Shown here: positions 15,554 through 23,580 of the stretch, one piece after another
Layout: the number at the start of each line of letters is the position of its first letter
Numbering within the stretch: position 1 is the stretch's first letter
NCBI GenBank assembly: GCA_024643915.1
Contig: JAHEMB010000001.1
Location: 1-32,833, forward strand
Direction: 5' to 3'
DNA: 32,833 bases
From: Rhodothermaceae bacterium
GTDB taxonomy: Bacteria; Bacteroidota; Rhodothermia; Rhodothermales; JAHEMB01
Program-made: the position numbers and the translations under genes
The notes under the pieces: generated by a model
Databases searched by the model: none
What the model was told of the DNA's origin: nothing
What the model saw: the letters and a program-made list of their open reading frames with translations, nothing else

Positions 15554-15841
15554 TTAGCCCTGCACGTCCAGGCGGGCGCCGACGGCGGTGGGGGTGAGGG
15601 TGCGGGCGCCCCGGTCCGGCCCGTAGAGGCGGAGCGAGAGGGCGTCCGAGGCGGGGAAGTAGCGCGCGATCATCTGGCGCTCCGGCCCGCTGAGGTCGCC
15701 CGTCGCCGCTTTCTGCGGGGACGACGCTTCGGTGGTGCGGGGCGGCTGGGCAGAGCGTGTCGGCGCCTCGGGGCGGGTGGCGGCCTGGCTGCGGTAAGCC
15801 TGGACGGGCACGCTGTTGTAGGGGTTAATGCGGTTGTTCAT
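15554..15841 (-). CDS. Hypothetical 95-aa Pro/Ala-rich protein inserted between flgC and fliE
   Basis: ORF with ATG 15841, 10 nt after the flgC stop, on the same strand as the operon. MNNRINPYNSVPVQAY...LSGPERQMIARYFPASDALSLRLYGPDRGARTLTPTAVGARLDVQG. No family recognised with certainty. Confidence 0.5.
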   Translation of the reverse strand: MNNRINPYNSVPVQAYRSQAATRPEAPTRSAQPPRTTEASSPQKAATGDLSGPERQMIARYFPASDALSLRLYGPDRGARTLTPTAVGARLDVQG

Positions 15842-15851
15842 GGCAGCCGGG

Positions 15852-16352
15852 TTAGATTTCCATCGTTCGTTTGATCATCTCTTTGGCAGCCTGCACGGTG
15901 GCAAGGTTGGCCTCATAGACGCGGTTGGCCGAAATCATGCGCGCCATCTCCTCCACCACGTTCACGTCGGGGTACTCCACGTAGCCGTCGGCGTTGGCGT
16001 GGGGATGGCTCGGGTCGTATTCGAGGCGGAGGCGGAGGTCCTCTTGCACTTCCGTCTGCGGCCCCAACTCCATCTCAGGGAACTGCTGGTTGAGCGCGGC
16101 GCCAGGCAGGTGACGTGGATCGCTGGTCTGCGCCTCGCTCCGTAGCCGGTCCAGCAGGCGGCTGAAGCCCTGGCCCTGCCCGGCAGGCGCCTCGTGGACG
16201 GCCCGCTTGAGCGCGTAGGGCGTGCCCTCTGCCGTGCGCGAGGTGGTGGCGTTGGCGATGTTCTCCGAGGTCGTCGCCAAGGCGATGCGCTGAGCCTCCA
16301 TGCCGCGCGCCGCCGTGCGAAAGACCGAAAAGGAATGTTTGTCGATCAACAT
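15852..16352 (-). CDS. flgC: Flagellar basal-body rod protein FlgC
   Basis: 166 aa. N-terminus ARGMEAQRIALATTSENIANATT and C-terminus YPDVNVVEEMARMISANRVYEANLATVQAAKEMIKRTMEI are canonical FlgC motifs. Confidence 0.92.
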   Translation of the reverse strand: MLIDKHSFSVFRTAARGMEAQRIALATTSENIANATTSRTAEGTPYALKRAVHEAPAGQGQGFSRLLDRLRSEAQTSDPRHLPGAALNQQFPEMELGPQTEVQEDLRLRLEYDPSHPHANADGYVEYPDVNVVEEMARMISANRVYEANLATVQAAKEMIKRTMEI

Positions 16353-16384
16353 CTTGGTTGGCCGGTTGTCTATTTGTTCTTAGC

Positions 16385-16405
16385 CTGAAACGTGAAACGC
16401 GAAAC
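16385..16405. repeat. Three tandem heptamers CTGAAAC GTGAAAC GCGAAAC in the flgB-flgC spacer
   Basis: Read directly from the sequence. Period exactly 7. No clear inverted partner. Confidence 0.8.
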
Positions 16406-16410
16406 CATGC

Positions 16411-16749
16411 CTAGCCGGTGCGGCCGGTGATGGCGGTGCGCATGGCCTGGAAGTGGCCATGCAGGGCGCGGGCGGCGAGCTGCGTCCGCATCTGCGTGTC
16501 GGCCAACTCCATCAGTTCGTCTTCGAGGAGCGGCGCTCGCTCCTCCACCTCGACGCGGGCCGATACACCCGCTCCAGCTTCAGGGCCACCCTGGCCCAGC
16601 CGCGCTGCCTGAAGCGAATCCTCGAACGAAACGGAAAGGCGCTGGTAGCCAGGCGTATCGAGGTTGGAGATGTTTCCGGCGAGGGCCTGCAAGCGCATCG
16701 TGTAGGCTTGCATGGCGCGGGTGAGCAGGTCGAGCTTCGGGGTGTCCAT
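16411..16749 (-). CDS. flgB: Flagellar basal-body rod protein FlgB
   Basis: 112 aa. The N-terminal rod motif (RLQALAGNISNLDTPGYQR) is typical of FlgB. First gene of the cluster. Confidence 0.88.
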   Translation of the reverse strand: MDTPKLDLLTRAMQAYTMRLQALAGNISNLDTPGYQRLSVSFEDSLQAARLGQGGPEAGAGVSARVEVEERAPLLEDELMELADTQMRTQLAARALHGHFQAMRTAITGRTG

Positions 16750-16793
16750 CGGCAGGGTCGGGAGCAGAGGGAGTTTCTTCTGGCTGTCCGAAG

Positions 16794-16809
16794 GTCAACC
16801 TCCGTGCCA
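16794..16809 (-). promoter_or_regulatory. Candidate sigma-54 promoter for the flgB operon (imperfect -12)
   Basis: The minus strand reads TGGCACGGAGGTTGAC: a perfect TGGCAC -24 box, correct spacing, and -12 TTGA instead of TTGC. It lies ~45 nt upstream of the flgB ATG and faces away from the divergent kinase/activator pair. Confidence 0.45.
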
Positions 16810-17068
16810 GCCGCACTGGTGCTCGTTTGAGACGGAAAAGCGGGGCGCTGCCGGAAAAATCACGGTGTGCGGAGGAAATTCTTGCCGCGCCGAACGCGAG
16901 TTGCACGGGGGGGACGGGGAACAGAAAAAGTGTGACGGCAACGCAGGCGGCGATCCTGCCTTTTAGCATGGGAAGGATCACGGGGAAGGCACGCGATTTG
17001 ACCGTCAGGTCGCCACTGCCTGACTCATCAGATCTCCACTTCACAATGGGGGCGCCCTCCTGAACCCT

Positions 17069-17782
17069 ATGCACCGATCCTACACAATGCCGGCAACCGA
17101 GCTGCGTTGCGCCGGCGAGCAGCCGGGAGAAGACGCAGTAAAGCACCTGGCCGGTGTGCTCTCACACCGCATCCGCAACGCCCTTGCTGGCCTCATCGGC
17201 TTCACCGATTTGCTCATCGGCACGCTCGCCACGCCCGAGCAGCGCGACCTCGCCCTGCGCATCCTCGAAAGCACCTCGCACATCGACGACATCGTGTTGG
17301 ATTTGCAGCGCTACAGCGAGCCGCTACGGCCTGTGCCCCGGCGGGTGCCGGTCCGCGCCTTGGTGGAAGAGGTGAGCGCCGGGCTCGACGAGGCCGAGCG
17401 AGCCCGGTTGTCCTGTCACGTGGCGCTTGATGTGCCCCTGCTGCTTTACGCCGACCCGCTCCTGCTGCGCGAGGCCCTGCTGATCCTGCTGCAAAACGCC
17501 TTCGAAGCCGAACCGCCTGACGGCCTCGTCCGGCTCCGCCTAGAGGCGAGCAACGAACAAGTCAGTTTCGAGGTCTGGAACGCTGCTGCCATCGATGGGC
17601 CGAGCGATCAGGCGCTTGCCCCGTTCTTCACCACGAAGGCTGACAAGCTCGGCCTGGGCCTGCCGATGGCCTACCGCATTGCTGCGGCGCATGGCGGGCA
17701 GGTGGCTGTGGAATCGGAGAAGGAAAGGGGAACGTGCGTCCGGCTGGGGCTGCCGAATGTTACGAAAATGTTAAGCGGATAA
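17069..17782 (+). CDS. Soluble sensor-less histidine kinase (DHp + HATPase only), FlgS/FleS-like by context
   Basis: 237 aa, no TM or sensor domain. H-box LSHRIRNALAGLIGFTDLL, N-box LLILLQNAFEA, F/G2 region PFFTTKADKLGLGLPMA. The G1 position reads VWNAAAI instead of DxGxG. ATG 17087 is an alternative start. Confidence 0.8.
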   Translation: MHRSYTMPATELRCAGEQPGEDAVKHLAGVLSHRIRNALAGLIGFTDLLIGTLATPEQRDLALRILESTSHIDDIVLDLQRYSEPLRPVPRRVPVRALVEEVSAGLDEAERARLSCHVALDVPLLLYADPLLLREALLILLQNAFEAEPPDGLVRLRLEASNEQVSFEVWNAAAIDGPSDQALAPFFTTKADKLGLGLPMAYRIAAAHGGQVAVESEKERGTCVRLGLPNVTKMLSG

Positions 17783-17834
17783 GAAAATGCGACCTGTAAC
17801 CACCTTATTCAAAGAATTGCCTTTTTCTGAGCGC

Positions 17835-17890
17835 GAGAATCGAATTTATTTACGTACTCAGGAAGTGGAGAATCGCCTGATCACTCAGGA
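17835..17890. repeat. Duplicated box pair GAGAATCG...ACTCAGGA in the AT-richer kinase-regulator spacer
   Basis: GAGAATCG at 17835 and 17868. ACTCAGGA at 17856 and 17883 (spacings 13 and 7 nt). The region lies 60-115 nt upstream of the regulator ATG. Confidence 0.7.
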
Positions 17891-17950
17891 GGTTGTTAAC
17901 ATCTTCATTCAACCATCCCAGCCTGTTCAGCAGTTGCAGAGAGTTCGCCC

Positions 17951-19354
17951 ATGAGTAAGCAACCCCATCTGCTTTTCGTAGACGACGAGCAACTCCTCCA
18001 CGGTGTCTTTACGCGCCTCTTCTCGCGCCAGGGGATGCGCGTCACCAGCTGCCTCGACGGGCATCAGGCCATTGAGGCGCTGAAGAAGGAGGACATCGAC
18101 CTCGTCGTCACGGACTTCAAGATGCCCGAGATGGACGGGTTTGAGCTGCTGGCCCATATCCGGCAGCAGTACCCGCGACTCCGGGTCGTCATGATCACGG
18201 CGCACGCCAACGTGCAGCACGCTGTGCGCGCTATGAAGGGCGGCGTTGTCGATTACCTGCCCAAGCCGTTTTCCACGACCGAACTGGTCGAGCGCGTCGA
18301 GACCCTGCTGAAGGAGCCGATGCCGGAAGCCTCCCCCTCGTCTATTGCCGGGGCGGCACAGGGTACCAGGCGGAGCCGTAGCAAGCAGGCCGCAGCCACC
18401 TACGTCGGCGAGCATCCGAACATCGTGCGGTTGCGCGAGATGCTGGCGCTCGTCAGCAAGAACCGCGCGCCGGTCTTTATCCAGGGCGAGAGCGGCACCG
18501 GCAAGGAGATCCTGGCCCGCCTCATCCACCAGATGAGCGGCCGCGCCGAGGGGCCGTTCGTGGCGCTCAACTGTGCCAACCTGCCGCGCGAACTGGTGGA
18601 GAGCCACCTCTTCGGTCATCGCAAGGGCGCCTTCACCGGCGCCATCGACGACATGGTCGGTGCCTTCGAGCGCGCCCACGGTGGCACGCTCCTTTTGGAC
18701 GAGATCACCGAAGTAGAGCCGGCTGTGCAGGCGAAGCTCCTGCGCGTGCTGCAAGAGCAGGAGATCGTAAAGGTGGGCGAGACCCACGCGAAGCGCGTGG
18801 ACGTGCGGGTGGTGGCTACGAGTAACCGCGATCTGTCGGAAGCCATCCGTGACGGTGCCTTCCGCGAAGACCTCTACCACCGGCTGGCTGTCTTTCCCCT
18901 CACGGTGCCGCCCCTGAGGGAGCGGCGGTCGGATGTGCCCCTGCTGGCATGGCACTTCGCGGAGAAGTACAGCGGGCTCTATGGGTTGCCGGAGAAGCGT
19001 TTCTCAGAAGACCTGATGGCCCGGCTGATGCGGCGGGCGTGGCCCGGCAACGTACGCCAACTCGAAAACCTGGTGCATCGGGGCGTGATCCTCTCGGCAG
19101 AGCGCGAGGTGATTGAGGAGAGCGACATCTTCGACGATTTCTTCGCCGATGCAGAGGGGGAGGCCGACTCGGTAGGAGGAAAGGTGGTGCAAGGGGAACT
19201 GGTGACGATTGAGGAGGCGGAGCGCTACATGATTATTGAAGCCCTCCGGGAGACCGACGGCAACCAGCGTGAGGCCGCCGAACGCCTGGGCATCAGCGAC
19301 CGCACCATCCGCAACAAGCTCAAAAAATACCGGGAAGAGGGAAGCGCATCCTGA
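17951..19354 (+). CDS. Sigma-54-dependent response regulator (REC + AAA+ + Fis-type HTH), FlgR/FleR-like by context
   Basis: 467 aa. Receiver domain (VDDE, VVTDFKMPEMDG, KPF), Walker A GESGTGKE, GAFTGA loop (HRKGAFTGA), ESHLFGH. C-terminal HTH (GNQREAAERLGISDRTIRNKLKKY). Confidence 0.92.
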   Translation: MSKQPHLLFVDDEQLLHGVFTRLFSRQGMRVTSCLDGHQAIEALKKEDIDLVVTDFKMPEMDGFELLAHIRQQYPRLRVVMITAHANVQHAVRAMKGGVVDYLPKPFSTTELVERVETLLKEPMPEASPSSIAGAAQGTRRSRSKQAAATYVGEHPNIVRLREMLALVSKNRAPVFIQGESGTGKEILARLIHQMSGRAEGPFVALNCANLPRELVESHLFGHRKGAFTGAIDDMVGAFERAHGGTLLLDEITEVEPAVQAKLLRVLQEQEIVKVGETHAKRVDVRVVATSNRDLSEAIRDGAFREDLYHRLAVFPLTVPPLRERRSDVPLLAWHFAEKYSGLYGLPEKRFSEDLMARLMRRAWPGNVRQLENLVHRGVILSAEREVIEESDIFDDFFADAEGEADSVGGKVVQGELVTIEEAERYMIIEALRETDGNQREAAERLGISDRTIRNKLKKYREEGSAS

Positions 19355-19411
19355 GGCGAGGATAACCTGCGAAGTCGTCGCCGGGCAAAAAGCCTCGTCC
19401 ATCCTTTCATG

Positions 19412-19777
19412 TTACTCGGCGGCCCCCTCATCCTGCGCCGCGTCGATCATGCGCCCGGCAATCTGTTCGAGCACCTCGGGCTGGCTGTAGAAGCCCTCCT
19501 GGAGACGCTGGAGGATGTCCTCGGCGCGGTCCTGGCTGAGCGGCGGGATGCTCAGCATGGCCCGGCGCGCGAAGTCGATCTCGCGTTGTTGCGCCACGGC
19601 CTCAGCCTGGGCGGTGCGGGCCGCCTCTGAGAGTTCGACGCGGTCGCTTGAAGCGGGCTGCCCAGGCCGTGTGGCCTGTTGCAGCGTGTTATCACGGGAT
19701 GCCTTTTCCGTGTCCACGCGCCGCTGCTGTGAGGCATTGGACCGGGCGGCGCCGGGGGTGAGGTCGTTGATATTCAT
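19412..19777 (-). CDS. flgM: Anti-sigma-28 factor FlgM
   Basis: The ORF-track frame extends to 20023, but that part overlaps the upstream gene. ATG 19777 gives 121 aa: MNINDLTPGAARSNASQQ...SDRVELSEAARTAQ...DRAEDILQRLQEGFYSQPEVLEQIAGRMID. The D.VELS box and the C-terminal G.Y....v...iA..m helix are FlgM hallmarks. Confidence 0.7.
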   Translation of the reverse strand: MNINDLTPGAARSNASQQRRVDTEKASRDNTLQQATRPGQPASSDRVELSEAARTAQAEAVAQQREIDFARRAMLSIPPLSQDRAEDILQRLQEGFYSQPEVLEQIAGRMIDAAQDEGAAE

Positions 19778-19845
19778 GGCAACTCGTCGGTTGGGTTCCG
19801 TGCGGGAGGGCGGAAGCGTCCCGTCCTCCTCCACGCCATTAAGTA

Positions 19846-20211
19846 TCAGCCGCGCACATGGTCGCTTAAAATATTCGTGGGCGAGGCCGGGTTGTACCGG
19901 TGATGCGCTTGCCGCTGGTGCGCCAGCTTTTCCAAGGCGCCGGACAGCTGCCGTTCGTGTGTGATGAGGGCGCCCTGGAGCGCCTTCTGCTGTTCGAGCA
20001 GGGCCGTGGCGATGCGCTCCCACGACGCGTCCGGCTGATCGGGGCGAGGGTAGGTGCGCAGGCGCTCGACGAGCAGGCGGCGCTCGTGCAACAGGCAGGC
20101 AGCGGTCCCCAGGTCGTCGCTTGCCAGCGCGTCGTGCAGGCGCTCGCCGACGGCCAGGAGTTGTCCGAGCAGCGGGGCTTCGTGGGTTGCGGGGTTGCTA
20201 GTGTTGGGCAT
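19846..20211 (-). CDS. Hypothetical helical protein, possible FlgN/FliT-like flagellar export chaperone
   Basis: 121 aa, predicted all-helical (LLGQLLAVGERLHDALASDDLGTAACLLHERRLLVERL...LLEQQKALQGAL). Sits between fliD and flgM, where flgN or fliT usually lies. The functional call is by context only. Confidence 0.4.
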   Translation of the reverse strand: MPNTSNPATHEAPLLGQLLAVGERLHDALASDDLGTAACLLHERRLLVERLRTYPRPDQPDASWERIATALLEQQKALQGALITHERQLSGALEKLAHQRQAHHRYNPASPTNILSDHVRG

Positions 20212-20236
20212 GGTGCTTCCGGTTAAGTCAAGTTAG

Positions 20237-22072
20237 CTAAAATCCGCCGAAGAAGCCGCTCACAATCTGCTGCTGCCCCTCGAAGGAGGCAATCATCTCT
20301 TGCAGGTGGGCAAACTGTTCGCGGAGTTGGTTCTCACGGCGTAGGAGGCGTTCGTCCCAGCCGCCGATGCGGTCGTCGAGGCGGCGGATGCGCTGGTCGA
20401 TGATGCCCTCGCGGCTGTCGATCAGGCCCTCGACGCCGAGGAAAGTGTCGAGGCGGGTGGTGAGGCGCGTGGCGAGGCCGTCGGCGTTGCCGAAGAGCCG
20501 CTGCACGGCGTCAGCGTCTTCTTCAACCTTTGCGGTGAGGGCTTCCGGGTCGGTCAGTTCGAGCGTGCCGTCACCTTTGATTGTCAGGCCGAGGTCGCTG
20601 AGGGCGAAGCCGGCGGGCTGGCCCGCCACAGGGCTGACGACGGCGTTGCGCATCGCGTAGCGGAGCCCGGTGATGGTGCGCTCCCCGGCGAAGTCGCCCC
20701 GCGTGCCGGCCTCGGCATCTACCTGCGACTTCTGGAAGATGAAGTCGAGCACCTCGTTGTATTTCTCGACGAAGCTTTCCACTTCCACGCGCGCCGCCTC
20801 CTCGTCGATGCCCACGGTGAAGGACTCTTCGGCCTCGCTCACCTGCCGCAGTTCGACGGTGACGCCTTCGAGGGCGTCGGTGACGCTGTTGGTGCTGCGG
20901 TAGTGCGTCAGGCCGTCGAGGATGAAGACGCTGTTGAGGGCGGAGTCGATTTCGCTCGTTCCCACGTCCACCATCATCCCGCCACGTGTGTCGCCGCCGG
21001 TTTGGGTGGCGTCGGCGCCGTAGACGGGCTCGGCCATGGCCTGGAGGCCGAGCGTGCCGAGGGCGTTGCCGCCGGTGATCTGGAGGGAAGACGAAGCGCC
21101 GGTCGCATTCGTCTCGAACCTGAGGGTGTCGCCGTCCACGCCCACCGTCACGTCGTTGCCAACGGCGTCGCCGATGGCGGCGGCCAGGTCGTCGATGGTG
21201 TTGTAAGTGCCTTTGGCAATCTGCGCGTTGACGGTGGCGCCGTTGATCGTCAGATCCAGGTTGCGGTTGTTGTTCTCGATCTGGAAAGGGCCGCTGATGG
21301 AACTTCCCGTGACCGAAGCGGGCGTAGCCGGCGTGGACCCGGCGCCCGCAACGACGGCTTGGCGATCCACCTCCAAGAGGGCCAGCAGGCCGCCGGAAGA
21401 GTCGGTGAAGGCGAGGCGGTTGGCGTAGCCGGAGGCGCCGCTACGGAGCGAGAGACGGGCCGTGTCGCTCGTCTCGTGCAGCACCGAGGCGGCGACGCGC
21501 TCGGTCGAGCGGATGGTGCCGGCTTCCGCCGCGGTGCGCATGGCGTCGTCGATAGCCGTGGCGATTTCGTCGAGGATCTCTCCGTTCGAAGCGCCCGTGG
21601 GATCCACCGTCACGCTGATGTGCTCGCGGCGCTGCGGGTCGGCGTCGGTGGGGGCGGCCACCTCCATGCTGAAGGTCTGCGCGCCGTTGGCGTCGAAGAA
21701 ACTGCGGAGGTCGGCGGCGTTGGTGTCGAGGCGCTGGCTCACACGGTGGTCGGCCCGCGCGAGGCGCTGTATGTTGAGGGTGTGGGTGCCGAGGGCGGCG
21801 CTGGCGCCGGCGCTCGCGCGGAAGGCGGCGGCTTCATCCTGGGTCACGGCGCGGACCGAGAAGGGGTTGCTGAAAGTGTCGGTGAACCCCTTGAGCTGGG
21901 TGTGGAGGGCTGAGAGCTTGCTGTCGAACATACCCAACACATCCTTGAACCGCTGCTGCTCGGCCTTGCGTGCTTGCAGGGCCTGCTGCGGCTGACGCTC
22001 CAGCCGGATGATCTGGGCGATCAGTTGCTCGTAAGGATCGTTGGCGTTGAGGGCAGAGAGAGGGCTCAACAT
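20237..22072 (-). CDS. fliD: Flagellar filament cap protein FliD (HAP2)
   Basis: 611 aa. N-terminal FliD motif (YEQLIAQIIRLERQPQQALQARKAEQQ...LSALHTQLKGF). C-terminal FliD domain with heptad tail (RIRRLDDRIGGWDERLLRRENQLREQFAHLQEMI). Confidence 0.9.
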   Translation of the reverse strand: MLSPLSALNANDPYEQLIAQIIRLERQPQQALQARKAEQQRFKDVLGMFDSKLSALHTQLKGFTDTFSNPFSVRAVTQDEAAAFRASAGASAALGTHTLNIQRLARADHRVSQRLDTNAADLRSFFDANGAQTFSMEVAAPTDADPQRREHISVTVDPTGASNGEILDEIATAIDDAMRTAAEAGTIRSTERVAASVLHETSDTARLSLRSGASGYANRLAFTDSSGGLLALLEVDRQAVVAGAGSTPATPASVTGSSISGPFQIENNNRNLDLTINGATVNAQIAKGTYNTIDDLAAAIGDAVGNDVTVGVDGDTLRFETNATGASSSLQITGGNALGTLGLQAMAEPVYGADATQTGGDTRGGMMVDVGTSEIDSALNSVFILDGLTHYRSTNSVTDALEGVTVELRQVSEAEESFTVGIDEEAARVEVESFVEKYNEVLDFIFQKSQVDAEAGTRGDFAGERTITGLRYAMRNAVVSPVAGQPAGFALSDLGLTIKGDGTLELTDPEALTAKVEEDADAVQRLFGNADGLATRLTTRLDTFLGVEGLIDSREGIIDQRIRRLDDRIGGWDERLLRRENQLREQFAHLQEMIASFEGQQQIVSGFFGGF

Positions 22073-22091
22073 GATCGTTCAGCAGGTTGGT

Positions 22092-22472
22092 TCAGGCAGC
22101 CTTGGCGCACAGCACGCCCTGTTTCCAGGCATCGCGCAGGCCGCCGAGGAGTTCGCCTACAGAGGAGAGATCGCCGTTGATGCTCTGGCGGAGGCAGAAG
22201 TCGTAGAGGGCATGGAGGCGCGTGGCCATCTCGCCGCCCCGTGCGAAGTCGAGGCCGCCGATGAGTTCGACGAGGACGGCGCGCAGCTTGGCCCGGTCGT
22301 CCCGGTGGCAGGCCGCCACGCCCAGGTCGAAGAGCTTGGCGACGAGCTGCTCGGGCGAGGCGGACCGGACGGCCTGCTGCTGGTACTGGCGCATGCGAAG
22401 GGCCGAGGGCATGGGATCCGTGATCGTCTGGTTGCGGAAGGTTTTTCCCGAGCCGAAGGCGGGCGGCAGCAT
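22092..22472 (-). CDS. fliS: Flagellin-specific chaperone FliS
   Basis: 126 aa. YQQQAVRSASPEQLVAKLFD...LVELIGGLDFARGGEMATRLHALYDFCLRQSI is typical FliS. Internal ATGs at 22412 and 22394 are alternative starts. Confidence 0.85.
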   Translation of the reverse strand: MLPPAFGSGKTFRNQTITDPMPSALRMRQYQQQAVRSASPEQLVAKLFDLGVAACHRDDRAKLRAVLVELIGGLDFARGGEMATRLHALYDFCLRQSINGDLSSVGELLGGLRDAWKQGVLCAKAA

Positions 22473-22505
22473 CTTCCTGCCCCGTTCCGGTCGGCGTCAC
22501 GGCCT

Positions 22506-22534
22506 GTATCGTTGAGGCGCCGGCCACCTTAAAT
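22506..22534 (-). promoter_or_regulatory. Sigma-28 (FliA)-type promoter for fliS-fliD-ORF-flgM
   Basis: The minus strand reads ATTTAAGG-N13-AACGATACAGGC. The CGATA -10 core and TTAA -35 fit the TAAA-N15-GCCGATAA class. Both boxes and the spacer length are identical to the fliC promoter at 23581-23609. Confidence 0.7.
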
Positions 22535-22583
22535 CGGCTTTTTGATACCGAAAAGATGTTTTTGACGGGCTCACGGAAAGGGC

Positions 22584-22614
22584 GCAGCCCCCCTGCTCAA
22601 GGCAGGGAGGCTGC
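22584..22614 (-). terminator. Candidate intrinsic terminator of fliC
   Basis: The minus-strand RNA reads GCAGCCUCCCUGC-cuuga-GCAGGGGGGCUGC followed by GCCCUUU. That is a 13-bp stem with one G-U pair. It lies 75 nt after the fliC stop and just upstream of the fliS promoter. The U tract is short. Confidence 0.45.
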
Positions 22615-22688
22615 TCCGGGCGGGGAGGCCCGGTCACCGGGGGATTCGTACTGCGAAGGTCGTGCCCGGTGAAAGGTTCGGTTCAGGA

Positions 22689-23519
22689 TTAGAAGAGGGA
22701 GAGGACGGCCTGCGGCCCGGCGTTGGCCTGCGCGAAGGAGGCCAGGCCCGTCTGCTGGAGGATCTGGAGCTTGACGATCTCCATCTGCTCCTTGGCGAAG
22801 TCCGCGTCCTCGATCTGGCTCCGTGCCGACTCATAGTTCGTCATCGCCGTCTGCAGGTTCTCCGCTTTGAACGAGAGCGCCTTCTGGTCGTCGCCGATGT
22901 TCGAGACGAGGCTGGAGACCGTATCGACGTAGCCGTCGATGTTGGTGATCTCGCCGGTGGCGGTGGCGGCGGTGCTGACGTCGAAGGTCAGGCCGACGAG
23001 GGCGGAGGCGTCGATGGCGTTCGTCGTGAACGTCTCAGCAGCTTCGGCGCCGACGTGGAACTGGAAGGCGCCGAGGGTGCCGCCCGTGCCGTCGAGGAGT
23101 TGGTTGCCGTTGAACTCGGCGTTGTTGACGATGTCGTTGATCTCGCCAGCGAGCGCGGTCAGCTCGTTGCCGATGGCCGTGCGCTCGTCGGTGCCCATCG
23201 TGTCGCTGGCGGCCTGCACGGCCTTCTCTTTCATCGTGTGCAGGATGTCCATGACCGAGTTGAGGCCGCCCTCGGCCACCGAGAGCATGCTCTTGGCGTC
23301 GCCGATGTTGGACAGGGCCTGGGCCTGGCCGCGCACCTTGGCTTCGAGCTTGTTGGCGATGGTGTAGCCCGCCGAGTCGTCCTCGGCGCGGTTGAGGCGG
23401 CTGCCGGTGGACAGGCGGAGTTGGCGCATGCCGAGCTCGCTGTTGGTGCGCTGCATGTTCATCAAGGCTTGCAGCGACTGTACGTTGGTGTTGACGCGTG
23501 TCAGATCTCCGAAGGACAT
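22689..23519 (-). CDS. fliC: Flagellin (short form, no large variable domain)
   Basis: 276 aa. N-terminus TNVQSLQALMNMQRTNSELGMRQLRLSTGSRLNRAEDDSAGYTIANKL and C-terminus IEDADFAKEQMEIVKLQILQQTGLASFAQANAGPQAVLSLF are canonical flagellin D0/D1 segments. Confidence 0.95.
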   Translation of the reverse strand: MSFGDLTRVNTNVQSLQALMNMQRTNSELGMRQLRLSTGSRLNRAEDDSAGYTIANKLEAKVRGQAQALSNIGDAKSMLSVAEGGLNSVMDILHTMKEKAVQAASDTMGTDERTAIGNELTALAGEINDIVNNAEFNGNQLLDGTGGTLGAFQFHVGAEAAETFTTNAIDASALVGLTFDVSTAATATGEITNIDGYVDTVSSLVSNIGDDQKALSFKAENLQTAMTNYESARSQIEDADFAKEQMEIVKLQILQQTGLASFAQANAGPQAVLSLF

Positions 23520-23580
23520 GGCGGGTACCCCGTGTAGTTTGATGTTGGGTTGTGCGGTCGTTTTTTCTCGTCCGCCGCCT

